Positions 1 to 9,517 of a stretch of 64,000 nucleotides of DNA are shown one piece after another. Made by a program: the position numbers and the translations under genes. How positions within the stretch are numbered: the first letter of the stretch is position 1; each line of letters begins with the position of its first letter. The stretch is from Treponemataceae bacterium (GTDB lineage Bacteria; Spirochaetota; Spirochaetia; Treponematales; Rectinemataceae): the NCBI GenBank assembly GCA_963677895.2, contig CAXXGJ010000018.1:520057-584056 (forward strand), written 5' to 3'. The notes below the pieces were generated by a model. It saw nothing but the letters and a program-made list of their open reading frames with translations, had not been told where the DNA came from and made no database searches.

Positions 1-111
1 ATTTAAGAATAAATAGGAAGCTATGTTTCAGAGTTTTATGAGTAACTCAATCAAGTATTAACCGCAAGACATGATTCAAAAGCAATAAAATAATCACAAA
101 AGGAGCATTGT

Positions 112-3100
112 ATGAAAAAAGGACTGGGATTAATAGCGGCGGTAACGCCGATCGTAAACGACGATGGAATGCTAAGTGGTGTGCCCAATGCTCGGGGGAA
201 TCTTGTCATAGACAAGAAGGGCGATGTGCAATACATGCCACTCGAGGCGGGAGTCCACAATATAGGATTTGGAGAACGAGGGCATCTTGCCTTCGATACG
301 GCAAAGGTCTTAACGGCAAGGGTGGCGACATCGAAGTTGTGGGCGACTGAAGCAGCAAGAAAGTCGGTCTTCGGCGCCTCGATCGAGGTGACGGAGCGTA
401 TAGTGAACCAGGTGAGCTTTCCTACGGGACAGCAGGGATTCGAGGCGCGGGGGAAAGCGTATCACTTCGAACCCGAAGGGCTCATCTTCGAGAGTTCCGC
501 GACACTGACACTTCCCTATGAAAGCATTGAAGGAAAAGACGACTCATGGATCAACATCTACTACTACGACAAAGAACTTTTAATGTGGGAAGTTATACCG
601 AAGTTGTCACAGAATAGGGAGAATAAGACGATTACGGTGGAAATCAGTCATTTCAGTGATTACGTGGCTGGTTTGTCGTCATTTCGGATCGACGAGGGAG
701 GAAGTATTAACGGAGGAAGACAACTGGGGTATAGCGTGGATCCATACTATGGAACGCTAATAATAAAGAGCGGGGAAGTATCGGTACAAGCTCGGGGTGT
801 GAACCTCGAGCTTCAAGCGATGTTTAATTCTGACTATCTTTATACAAAGTACCTTCCGACGTTTACAGGCAGTGAAACAACAGCGGGACAGAGTCTGGTA
901 CAAACCCCCAACATGAAGTATCCGTTTCTGGGGGTGGACATAAGTTCCGGCTGGTCATATGAGCTTCCTTCCTGCCAGTTTAGTGTGAATAACATGCTTA
1001 CGCTGATACTCCCGGACGGGAAGAAGTACGACTTATCGCAAGCGTTGATCTGGTGGGTAGGGAAGAGTGCAGGAAGCAGCACGACAACAACACTAGCGTC
1101 GTGCCAGATCGAAAAGCCGACGGTAAATAGTATACGAATTTTGATTCCCGAGATAGGGTATGGGATTGAGGCTTCAGTGGAGGATACCTCCTCCTATTTC
1201 ATAGTTCGGTGGAACACTCTGGCAAAAGCATCGAATGTACGGATCTATCCAGCAGACGGAAAGAAGATAATGTTTATGGCCGACGGATCGGGGAACATAC
1301 AATATCTTTATGACGCAAGCGGAAAGAATTGGTTGCACTATGTGTACTCCGGGACCAAACTGCAGGCGGTAGAACACAACGACGGACGGGCGATAAAGAT
1401 CTATTCGTACATGAACTCAAACAACACAAAGTCCCTCGTCTATGTCCTGTCGAGCTCGACGAACATGACAACCTTGAATGCAGAAGATCAGTTTCTCTCC
1501 CGGCGGGTGTTCGATAGCTCTGGGAGGCTTCAATACGCAGACAAGCTTGGAACGCTGTCGGGATTTTCTGCAAGCACGAGCTGGGAAGGGGTGACTGCAT
1601 CGAACGAATCGATATATTTTATGGTGCTGCAGCGGACGGGCTACAGCTACACCATGCATTCGGCGGTGGCTGGGAACACTCTTCAGGTGACAGAGCCTGG
1701 AGGTGGGTACAAGGTGTATACGTTCACGGTTTCGTTCTTTCCAGGGGGCGTCTCAACAAAAACAGCAGAACGAATTGTCGGTCAAGGAGAGGAGTCTGAT
1801 ACGGTCATTGATTATACCTATCTTTATCATAATAAACCAAAAGTAATGAACTATAAAGTTGCTAGGAACATCAATGAGATTCAGTCGCTAGCAGAGGTCC
1901 TCAGATACAATTATGCGAGTTCGTGTGGACGGACTTCATTTAGTACAAACTCGTACCAGACGCAAGAGGGATCATATCCAACCCTGTGGAACACGATGCC
2001 TGCGATGACGGTGCGGGAGCAGTCGGAGTTCAATGGAGCTACTATCTCGCAGGTGACTGAGGAAGTGCTGACCTATTCGCATACGGGAAGCACAACCGAT
2101 ACATATAGAGGGCTGGGTGAAGATGTAACATACTACTACGTATCCGGCACCAAGACCTTCCACGACAAGATGACACGGACCTTCACAGATGTAATATACA
2201 ATGCATACTACCCATCGGTTGAAAGTTATTACGTGGGAGACTCAGCGAGCGCGAAATGGACGGTATCGTATGTCTATGACAGCTACGGCAGGAAGGTGAA
2301 GGTTACCGATAGTAGAGCGGGAAGAATGTACTATCGGTATCTGTATGGAGGACAGAACACCGACTCAGTGTTTTCAGACAATCCCTACACCGATCCGACT
2401 GATCGGCTTTTATACACAAGCTTCGGGGTTGTACGGGGGGAGGCCGCCGAACAGAGTATCGGGGTGTATGCGAAGACGTACTTCCAATACGACAGTCTCC
2501 TGAACGCGACGACGAAACGAGTATACGACACGAGATCAGGGGCAGCAGTGACGCTAGATACAGGGTACACTTACGATGGGACGACGAATGTACTAACGGG
2601 AATCACGTACCCTTTAGGGAATGTACTGGCCTTGAGCTACGGAACAGGGTGGAAGGGTTCATACATTATTAAGGACTCTCGGACCATGGATAATGTAACG
2701 AAGTTAGTGAACGAATTCGATTATGATTTTAGGGGCCGGAGGACAAGCGCGACACCGAAGCTTGAGAATGGCGCGGGAAATGCGATTGTAGATGCTTCGG
2801 CACCGATCACGACGACAAGATATGTATATGATGGGCTTAGTAGGGTGACATCGAAAACGAGAATGGTAGGTGGGGAAACGACAGAGTTGTACCGGAGGGT
2901 TTACAACGATACGAATCTGACGGTGACGACTACGGATGCAAAGGGATACAGGACTTTTGCGATATATGACATATTCTTCAGGAAAATAGTAGAGGAGAGT
3001 TTTCGTCCGAACACGGAGAATCAAGGTGTGAGCTATGATGGAGTAGGGCAGGTGTCGGTGGGTAAGCTGAGTTGGAACTACAATTGGGTGTACCGGGATA

Positions 3101-5550
3101 GGGTAATAACTGACTGGGTACGAGGCTCTCCAACTGGGCCGGAGTATTACAGGATCGAAAACGGGTATGACTATCTGGGACGGCTGACAAAGGTCTCTCG
3201 TGGAGACCAGAGCGGCGTCTTGTACCAGATAAAGACGTTTAGCTACACGGATACGGCGAATACGGTTGTGGAGAAGAACTATCGTGATATGACAAACTAC
3301 ACACAGACCATGACGGTGAAAGATTGGCTTGATCGGGTGACGTCGGTTACCCAGTACGCTGGTATAGGAGGAACGGGGACAACGTCGGTGACGAGCATGG
3401 GCTACAACTACGCGGGACAGGTGACGAGTAGAACGTTGGCAAACGGGGAAACGTACACCTATGGCTACTCGCGGTCGGGACTGCTTGAGAGCATGGTGTA
3501 TCCCCAGGGCAGAGGGACAGAAACCTACACGTACGATTACAACGGGCGTCTGACGACGAAGACAGACGTTGGTGGCAACACGACGACCTATGAGTACAAT
3601 TTAGCCGACCTTGAGACACAGCGGAAGTCAACCGCAACCGCAACAGAAAAGGAGTGGGTGTGGGTGGTGGCTACCTATTCACAGTACGGGCCGAAAGAAG
3701 TGACTAAGTATTCTGGTCTTGTAGGAGAACTCCATGATGAGTACTCGTATGCGTATAACTCAGGTGCGCTAACGACGACCGAGACGAGATGGATTGGTGG
3801 AACAGGTATGTCGGGTATGTCGTCGGTGTCGCATGGGTATGATGTAGCGGGGAACTTACGGACGCTGTCGGTGACGGGGTTTGACGGGAGCTTTTCGAAA
3901 ACGCTCAACTACTCGCTGCCCTACTTTGGGGGAGACGGGAGCTCCAGTGATCGATCGATGAAGGTATCCACAGGGAGCACGGCGCTAGGGACGATCTCGA
4001 CGAACTATGCAGGGACGAGGAATACCACGACCTATGGCTCTGGACTTACTACTGCCTATACGAATTATGATGTGTTTATGCGTCCATGGCTTATTGACAA
4101 TCCGGGGAGTGAGTACGATCAGAGTTACGTCTATGACTGGCAGGGGAACACAACGAGCTGGAACGGGACGAGCTACGCGTACGATGGGATGAACCGGCTT
4201 ACGACGGGTGGATACAACTACGACATCATAGGGAACCAGAGTGCGGCGCCGGGAAGCGTAAGCTACTCATATGTGGCGAACTCAGGACAACCCACGATGC
4301 GCCTTGACTACAAGACGGTGAGCGGAGTGACGACGGACTATACGGACGATGAGAACCTCGCGAACCTTGTGTCGGTGGCGGGGAAGTATACCAACCTCGC
4401 TTATGATCCGACCAACCGGCTTATCTCGCTGTATGATGTGATCCGGGGAGTAACGGACAGCTATCGGTACGGGCCTGAAGGGTTGCGGTATAAGGAAACC
4501 GAAGGAGCGATGAGTGGGAGCTCTAAGACGACCTACTACCTGTATGAGGGGAACGATATCCTGTACGAGGAAGGGTACGAAGGAAGCACGAAGACCTTCT
4601 CGAAGCTAAATATATATGTAGGAGGAGTCAACATCGGGAGGATCAGAAAGGTAGGGAGTACGGAGAGTGTTCAGTACTTCTACAATGACCTCCTTGGTTC
4701 ACGGCGTGCGGTGACGGACAGTACGGGTGTGGTGCAGGCGAAGATCGACTACAGCGTATGGGGAGTGCCTACGGTAACGAACTACAACGGGTACGACGGA
4801 AGCCTCGATGTGTCGTACACGGGGAAGGAGCGGGATGCGATGGGGTTGTACTACTTCAATGCGAGGTATTATGACCCGAGTATTGGAAGGTTCATCACAG
4901 AGGACCCAGCTAGGAATGACATGAATTGGTTCGTATATTGCGGAAACAATCCATTATCTTTCATAGATCCCTCGGGGTTACTGAATGAACATACTTTAGT
5001 GATGCAAGAAAATATGCGTTACCGTTACGATGTAGCAAAAAAGGAAGCCGAAGATACAACATTAAAACAGCAAAATGACAAGATAGCCTATCAAGAATGG
5101 GAGAAAGATGTAACCGACAAATGCAAGGATGCATACGATGCCTTTAATAAAGGCGATGAAGCAACCGCGAATTCGCTACTGATCCACGCGAGTAATGTGA
5201 CTTCGTGGAATAACAGGCAATCGACTGCTACAGGGGCGTCGTTTGGAGATGTAGTTAAAAGTTGGTGGCAAAAAAGCAACGGCGCACCCTTAACTCCGCA
5301 AGAAGCTAATATTCAAAAGGTAGTGGGAGTATCGGAAATGGGTATTGGCGGAGCTGGAATGATAGTAACTGTTGTTCCAACACACGGGATTGGAATATTT
5401 GGTTCATTATATGTAATGGCCGATGGAGGTTATTTGCTATCGCAAGGCATGAATAACATAAAAGCGAATCCAGGCTCCATGTATATCGTCTTGGCTAATC
5501 CTATTGTTTCAGCCGTCAATAGCTTTACATTTGCTGTTCCATTCCCATAA
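112..5550 (+). CDS. RHS/YD-repeat polymorphic toxin with N-terminal ZU5-like region and C-terminal toxin domain
   Basis: 1812-aa ORF with many YD/YxYD repeats; RHS core YTGKERDAMGLYYFNARYYDPSIGRFITEDP...NPLSFIDPSGL; RBS AGGAG upstream; N-terminal FEPEGLIF...HFSDY. Confidence 0.93.
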   Translation: MKKGLGLIAAVTPIVNDDGMLSGVPNARGNLVIDKKGDVQYMPLEAGVHNIGFGERGHLAFDTAKVLTARVATSKLWATEAARKSVFGASIEVTERIVNQVSFPTGQQGFEARGKAYHFEPEGLIFESSATLTLPYESIEGKDDSWINIYYYDKELLMWEVIPKLSQNRENKTITVEISHFSDYVAGLSSFRIDEGGSINGGRQLGYSVDPYYGTLIIKSGEVSVQARGVNLELQAMFNSDYLYTKYLPTFTGSETTAGQSLVQTPNMKYPFLGVDISSGWSYELPSCQFSVNNMLTLILPDGKKYDLSQALIWWVGKSAGSSTTTTLASCQIEKPTVNSIRILIPEIGYGIEASVEDTSSYFIVRWNTLAKASNVRIYPADGKKIMFMADGSGNIQYLYDASGKNWLHYVYSGTKLQAVEHNDGRAIKIYSYMNSNNTKSLVYVLSSSTNMTTLNAEDQFLSRRVFDSSGRLQYADKLGTLSGFSASTSWEGVTASNESIYFMVLQRTGYSYTMHSAVAGNTLQVTEPGGGYKVYTFTVSFFPGGVSTKTAERIVGQGEESDTVIDYTYLYHNKPKVMNYKVARNINEIQSLAEVLRYNYASSCGRTSFSTNSYQTQEGSYPTLWNTMPAMTVREQSEFNGATISQVTEEVLTYSHTGSTTDTYRGLGEDVTYYYVSGTKTFHDKMTRTFTDVIYNAYYPSVESYYVGDSASAKWTVSYVYDSYGRKVKVTDSRAGRMYYRYLYGGQNTDSVFSDNPYTDPTDRLLYTSFGVVRGEAAEQSIGVYAKTYFQYDSLLNATTKRVYDTRSGAAVTLDTGYTYDGTTNVLTGITYPLGNVLALSYGTGWKGSYIIKDSRTMDNVTKLVNEFDYDFRGRRTSATPKLENGAGNAIVDASAPITTTRYVYDGLSRVTSKTRMVGGETTELYRRVYNDTNLTVTTTDAKGYRTFAIYDIFFRKIVEESFRPNTENQGVSYDGVGQVSVGKLSWNYNWVYRDRVITDWVRGSPTGPEYYRIENGYDYLGRLTKVSRGDQSGVLYQIKTFSYTDTANTVVEKNYRDMTNYTQTMTVKDWLDRVTSVTQYAGIGGTGTTSVTSMGYNYAGQVTSRTLANGETYTYGYSRSGLLESMVYPQGRGTETYTYDYNGRLTTKTDVGGNTTTYEYNLADLETQRKSTATATEKEWVWVVATYSQYGPKEVTKYSGLVGELHDEYSYAYNSGALTTTETRWIGGTGMSGMSSVSHGYDVAGNLRTLSVTGFDGSFSKTLNYSLPYFGGDGSSSDRSMKVSTGSTALGTISTNYAGTRNTTTYGSGLTTAYTNYDVFMRPWLIDNPGSEYDQSYVYDWQGNTTSWNGTSYAYDGMNRLTTGGYNYDIIGNQSAAPGSVSYSYVANSGQPTMRLDYKTVSGVTTDYTDDENLANLVSVAGKYTNLAYDPTNRLISLYDVIRGVTDSYRYGPEGLRYKETEGAMSGSSKTTYYLYEGNDILYEEGYEGSTKTFSKLNIYVGGVNIGRIRKVGSTESVQYFYNDLLGSRRAVTDSTGVVQAKIDYSVWGVPTVTNYNGYDGSLDVSYTGKERDAMGLYYFNARYYDPSIGRFITEDPARNDMNWFVYCGNNPLSFIDPSGLLNEHTLVMQENMRYRYDVAKKEAEDTTLKQQNDKIAYQEWEKDVTDKCKDAYDAFNKGDEATANSLLIHASNVTSWNNRQSTATGASFGDVVKSWWQKSNGAPLTPQEANIQKVVGVSEMGIGGAGMIVTVVPTHGIGIFGSLYVMADGGYLLSQGMNNIKANPGSMYIVLANPIVSAVNSFTFAVPFP

Positions 5551-5565
5551 TATTGGAGAGTAGTC

Positions 5566-5787
5566 ATGGACTATATTGGTTTGTTGCTTATTATACTTTT
5601 TTCGCTATTTATTGATGCTATATCAGTCAAAAATATAATGATCGGTAAGGGCAAGGTGGTTCATTCTGACTTACTGTTGGAGCGGAAACAAAAGGCTATT
5701 TATAAAAGAGGAATAGTTGGCCTAGTACTTTCGCTTGTTTGCGGTGCATTTTTAAGCTATATATTCATTATTATATTATTAAAATAA
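5566..5787 (+). CDS. Putative immunity protein, two TM helices
   Basis: 73 aa, AT-rich, starts 15 bp after the RHS stop, RBS GGAG, two hydrophobic segments. Confidence 0.65.
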   Translation: MDYIGLLLIILFSLFIDAISVKNIMIGKGKVVHSDLLLERKQKAIYKRGIVGLVLSLVCGAFLSYIFIIILLK

Positions 5788-5858
5788 TTAGGTCAATCGA
5801 ATATTTTGCTGACCTAACCAGTATTAAAGAGTGGCGAATCTTGGTATCAGTCACTTTT

Positions 5859-5919
5859 GTCTAACGCGGCTTCAACCTGACGCCACCTTTGGCGGCGCAG
5901 GTTAAGCGAAAGGTTAGGC
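5859..5919 (+). mobile_element. Integron attC recombination site (61 bp)
   Basis: GTCTAAC-gcgg-CTTCAACC-TGA-CGCCACC-ttt-GGCGGCG-CA-GGTTAAG-cgaaag-GTTAGGC gives R''/L''/L'/R' boxes with two unpaired bases, the aadA-type layout; the first spacer is 4 rather than 5 nt. Confidence 0.8.
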
Positions 5920-5981
5920 TAAGCCAATGAAATATAGCGGCCGCTTTGGTACTCACCAGGGCGGCCGTTCTATTGTCGAGC

Positions 5982-6062
5982 CAATAAAAGATCCCGGTTA
6001 ACCTGCGAGCGTCGTGTTCCAAAGGAACAGACGCGAGTTAGGTTGAACCGTTTTTTTTATTG
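5982..6062 (-). mobile_element. Degenerate attC-like hairpin, opposite orientation
   Basis: Minus strand GTTCAACC-taactcgcgtctgttcc-ttt-ggaacacgacgctcgca-GGTTAAC; L boxes intact, R boxes decayed. Confidence 0.5.
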
Positions 6063-6170
6063 CTCGAAGAGTTCTGCCACACCAATGAAGAGCTGCCACG
6101 GGGGCTGTGCCACCTTGGCTTACTGAAGAAGGCTACGAGAATCCCGGCGCTTTTTAGCTATAAAGTGAAA

Positions 6171-6548
6171 GGTAATCTCATTCATCACTCGGAACGTGGT
6201 TCTCAATATCTATCTATTCGCTACAGTGAACGCTTGACTGAAGCAGGCATTGAAGCGTCGGTCAGCAGCGTGGGTGATGGCTACAACAATGCTCTGGCGG
6301 AAACGATCAATGGCCTTTTTAAGACGGAGGTTATTCATCGTAGCGTTGCGGACCATGGAGAGGATTGGACGCTGTGGAATACGCTACACTCGAATGGGGT
6401 CGACTGGTTCAACAACCGAAGGCTGCTCGAACCAATCGGTAATATTCCACCAGCGGAGTTCGAAGAATTATATTATACTGAACAAGAAGTCTTGGCTTAA
6501 GGAGCCGGACTCACATAATCAGGACTCCGATAAACCCTGGGCGGTTCA
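6171..6548 (+). mobile_element. IS3-family transposase 3' remnant with right terminal IR
   Basis: LIHHSERGSQYLSIRYSERL...YNNALAETINGLFKTE and WFNNRRLLEPIGNIPPAEFE motifs; ends ...CCCTGGGCGGTTCA; 5' part absent. Confidence 0.85.
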
Positions 6549-6676
6549 GGTGGGCCAGAGAACGATATTAACAATCCTGGGATCATTGAATTTATAGAGG
6601 TAGTCCTCCTAAAACAGGTGAACTACGGCAATATAATTGGAATGCCCTCAATATATGGCAATAGTGAGGAGAAAAA

Positions 6677-7165
6677 ATGCGACGTACTTTTTTCGTAGTA
6701 CTTTTTTGTGCCCTATTTTGTTTTCCAGCGATGTCTCAAAGCTCTACAACATTGCTCAATATATTTTTTGGGGGGAATGGATATACAGATGAAAAAATGG
6801 GAATCACCACAAAAGACGGAATGGAACTTTATCTTGCCCGCCAAATCGAAAGTGTGAATACCACAAACTCAAAGAAAGTATTAGTATATGGCAGTTCTCA
6901 AAATGGTATCAGGATTTTTCTTCAAATACTGGGGCCAATGATTGTCGATAGCTCAGGAAGGGTGATCGCAGATGTTTCATCTATTCCAGGTGCTTTTTGG
7001 GCATGGCGAATTGAACTGTTGCGAAAAAGTCACAGCACGGATGTTGGTTTATCTATAGATTGTATATCAAATTCTGGCAAAAGCATTACCGATTATCCGA
7101 GCATTGTTTGGGATGAAACGAAAAATGCTTTTTACCTCGATACTGTTGATCGCAGTCAGTTTTAA
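6677..7165 (+). CDS. Hypothetical exported protein (possible orphan immunity protein)
   Basis: RBS GAGGAG, signal peptide MRRTFFVVLFCALFCFPAMS, 162 aa. Confidence 0.6.
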   Translation: MRRTFFVVLFCALFCFPAMSQSSTTLLNIFFGGNGYTDEKMGITTKDGMELYLARQIESVNTTNSKKVLVYGSSQNGIRIFLQILGPMIVDSSGRVIADVSSIPGAFWAWRIELLRKSHSTDVGLSIDCISNSGKSITDYPSIVWDETKNAFYLDTVDRSQF

Positions 7166-7199
7166 AATAGTTCAGATCCAATATGAACGAAGCATATGT

Positions 7200-7454
7200 A
7201 GTGCTGTAAAGTTCAAGCTGTATGCCTATTCAAGGCGAGGTAATGATACCTCAAAGACGTTTGATCGCATTCAGATGACTAAAAGCATGACCTCAGATTA
7301 TACAACCAAAATGGAAATTTATCGTTTTGATGATGTTTTCGATGTTAAAGCGTTTGATGGTCCTCCAACTCGGAGGGGGACTGCTAACGCTTTGAGTGAT
7401 CATTGCTCAGTTTGGGTAGACTTATATATCGACAGAGATAATGATACCGAGTAA
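7200..7454 (+). pseudogene. C-terminal fragment of a DNase I-like (EEP) nuclease
   Basis: FDRI...LSDHCSVWVDL resembles the EEP C-terminal SDHxPV motif; no credible N-terminus; left boundary approximate. Confidence 0.5.
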
Positions 7455-7933
7455 GCACCCTATATGCAAAACTTGGAAATAATTATTCGGTATACAATTC
7501 TATCTTGTTTTGATGAAAGGCTTATCTTTCATGCAGAGTCTAGCAACATAGAGCGATCAAGAAATTCCTCTGTCATTATGATTAGGCGAGCTATATGTGA
7601 AAGGCGAATCATGTCTTGTGCATTCTGGAACGCATTCTATGCTACACTCCAGAAGTTGATGTTATTCTCGATTATACAACATACCAGAAATCTTTTTTCT
7701 ATTCTTGGCAATGCTTGGATTACAATCTGTTTGTTTGGAAATTGAAGCTTATTCGAGATTTTTTACCGTGACCCCCTTACCCCCTGAATCCGTAGAGTGG
7801 GAGTCAGCCGAAACGCTGCGGTTTACACTAAATAGCCATAGAGATTGCACCCCCCCTCCCCATGGGTAAGAAGCTGCAGGAGGCGCCAGTCGACGCGAAT
7901 GCATCGGCTTCAATCTGCTGTGGTCCGTGTCCT

Positions 7934-8116
7934 TCAGGTCGATATTGTTGGAGTATGCACGACGATCCTGTCTTTCCTGGCCATAACGCGCTTCTTCACA
8001 GTGGTCACGGCGATCGAGATGAAGCTCCCATCATGAATCTGTATCTCCTGCTTGCCGAATCCTCGCTTTCGAGCGACTACTCTTAGTTCCTCGATACCCT
8101 CGTATTCCGGGGGGAT
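7934..8116 (-). pseudogene. Decayed copy of the small DUF2292/YezD-like ORF at 11016-11195
   Basis: Reads IPPEYEGIEELRVVARKRGFGKQEIQIHDGSFISIAVTTVKKR...; same GAGGTACAGC RBS context but ATC in place of ATG. Confidence 0.6.
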
Positions 8117-8343
8117 CGCTGTACCTCAATCAATGTATGCGTAATAGTTCGCCGGCAGAGACAACCGTCTCATTATGCCCAGATTCTGCAAGAAATTCAG
8201 AAATTTTCGAGCATTTCTGGCCTATTCGTCTTCAGAAAGGTTTTGTTTTTTGAAGGGAATTCCTGTTGGGTACTAAGCCAATGTCATGCTGACACTTCGC
8301 ACCAAGAAAAGATTAATTGAATGTGGTGTAAAATCTGTGAAAA

Positions 8344-8424
8344 TGGTACATAAATCGATTACATGTACCAAAAATAAAAGATATGGTACAAATCCTTGAC
8401 AAGTGTACCAAATAGATCAATACT
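8344..8424 (+). promoter_or_regulatory. fic promoter overlapped by two TGGTACA-N13-TGTACCA palindromic operators
   Basis: Palindromes at 8344-8370 and 8384-8410; TTGACA 8396-8401, 17-nt spacer, AATACT 8419-8424. Confidence 0.65.
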
Positions 8425-8431
8425 GGGATAT

Positions 8432-9514
8432 ATGAAGTCCTTTGATCCCAGTAAACCGTATGATGCCCTTCCTCTTTTACCTCCCGATCGCTCTAGAGTT
8501 GAGACTATTGCAGTATTGCGCCAGGAAAATAAGGCTATAGCTGCATTAGCAGAGTTAAAGGGTTTAGCTAATATTATACCTAATCAGTCGATACTGATAA
8601 ATGCGATTGTGCTTCAAGAAGCTAAAGATAGTTCAGAAATAGAAAACATCATTACGACAAAGGATGAATTGTATAAAGCTATTTCTTCAACTACAAAAAA
8701 GTATGATCCAGCAACAAAAGAAGTAATGTTTTATAGGGAAGCATTATATGAAGGATTTAAGAAAATAAAAGAAAGAGATCTTTTATCCATGAATGATATT
8801 ATTATTTTACAGGGAATACTGGTACAAAATAATGCTGGCATAAGGAAGTTACCTGGTACTACATTAGCCAATGATAAGACAGGCGAGATTATCTATACGC
8901 CTCCTCAGAGTGAAGAAGCTATCAATTCGTTGACGGCCAACTTGGTTAAGTATCTTAATGATGGTGAAGTAACCTTAATAAAGATGGCAATTTTGCATTA
9001 CCAGTTTGAATCGATACATCCTTTTTATGATGGAAATGGAAGAACAGGACGGATAGTAAATATACTATATTTACTATTAAAGCAATATTTAGATATACCA
9101 ATACTTTACCTAAGTTCATATATAATAAAAAATAAGGAATTATATTACAAACTTTTGCTTGGTGTCACTAAAGATGAGAAATGGGAAGACTGGATTATTT
9201 ATATATTAAAAGGAGTTGAAGAAACTTCCAGAGAGACTATTGTCAAAATAAAGCAAATAAAGAATCTATTAGATAGAACGATAGAGAGAGTAAAAGAACA
9301 AGCTCCCAAAATATATTCTAAAGAGCTTGTTGAGACATTATTTGTAAATCCGTATTGTAAAGTCGAGTTTATAACCAGTTCGATTGGCGTAGAGCGAAAA
9401 GCAGCTTCAAGATACCTACATCAGTTAGTAGAAGTTGGAATACTCGAAGAATATAAGGTTGGAAAAGAAAATATTTTTATTAATAAGGATTTACTGGAAA
9501 TCCTGAAAAAGTAA
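8432..9514 (+). CDS. Fic/DOC family AMPylase, SoFic-like, with C-terminal wHTH
   Basis: HPFYDGNGRTGR catalytic motif; N-terminal inhibitory SSEIEN motif; C-terminal helix-turn-helix-like segment. Confidence 0.93.
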   Translation: MKSFDPSKPYDALPLLPPDRSRVETIAVLRQENKAIAALAELKGLANIIPNQSILINAIVLQEAKDSSEIENIITTKDELYKAISSTTKKYDPATKEVMFYREALYEGFKKIKERDLLSMNDIIILQGILVQNNAGIRKLPGTTLANDKTGEIIYTPPQSEEAINSLTANLVKYLNDGEVTLIKMAILHYQFESIHPFYDGNGRTGRIVNILYLLLKQYLDIPILYLSSYIIKNKELYYKLLLGVTKDEKWEDWIIYILKGVEETSRETIVKIKQIKNLLDRTIERVKEQAPKIYSKELVETLFVNPYCKVEFITSSIGVERKAASRYLHQLVEVGILEEYKVGKENIFINKDLLEILKK

Positions 9515-9517
9515 AAA

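Noticed and set aside
6060..6500. ORF-track 146-aa protein as an intact transposase
   Set aside because: Only the C-terminal catalytic fragment is IS3-like; the N-terminus is unrelated and the middle is frameshift-scrambled
7464..7745. 93-aa + strand ORF
   Set aside because: No RBS or recognisable motif; the minus strand has internal stops; probably decayed DNA
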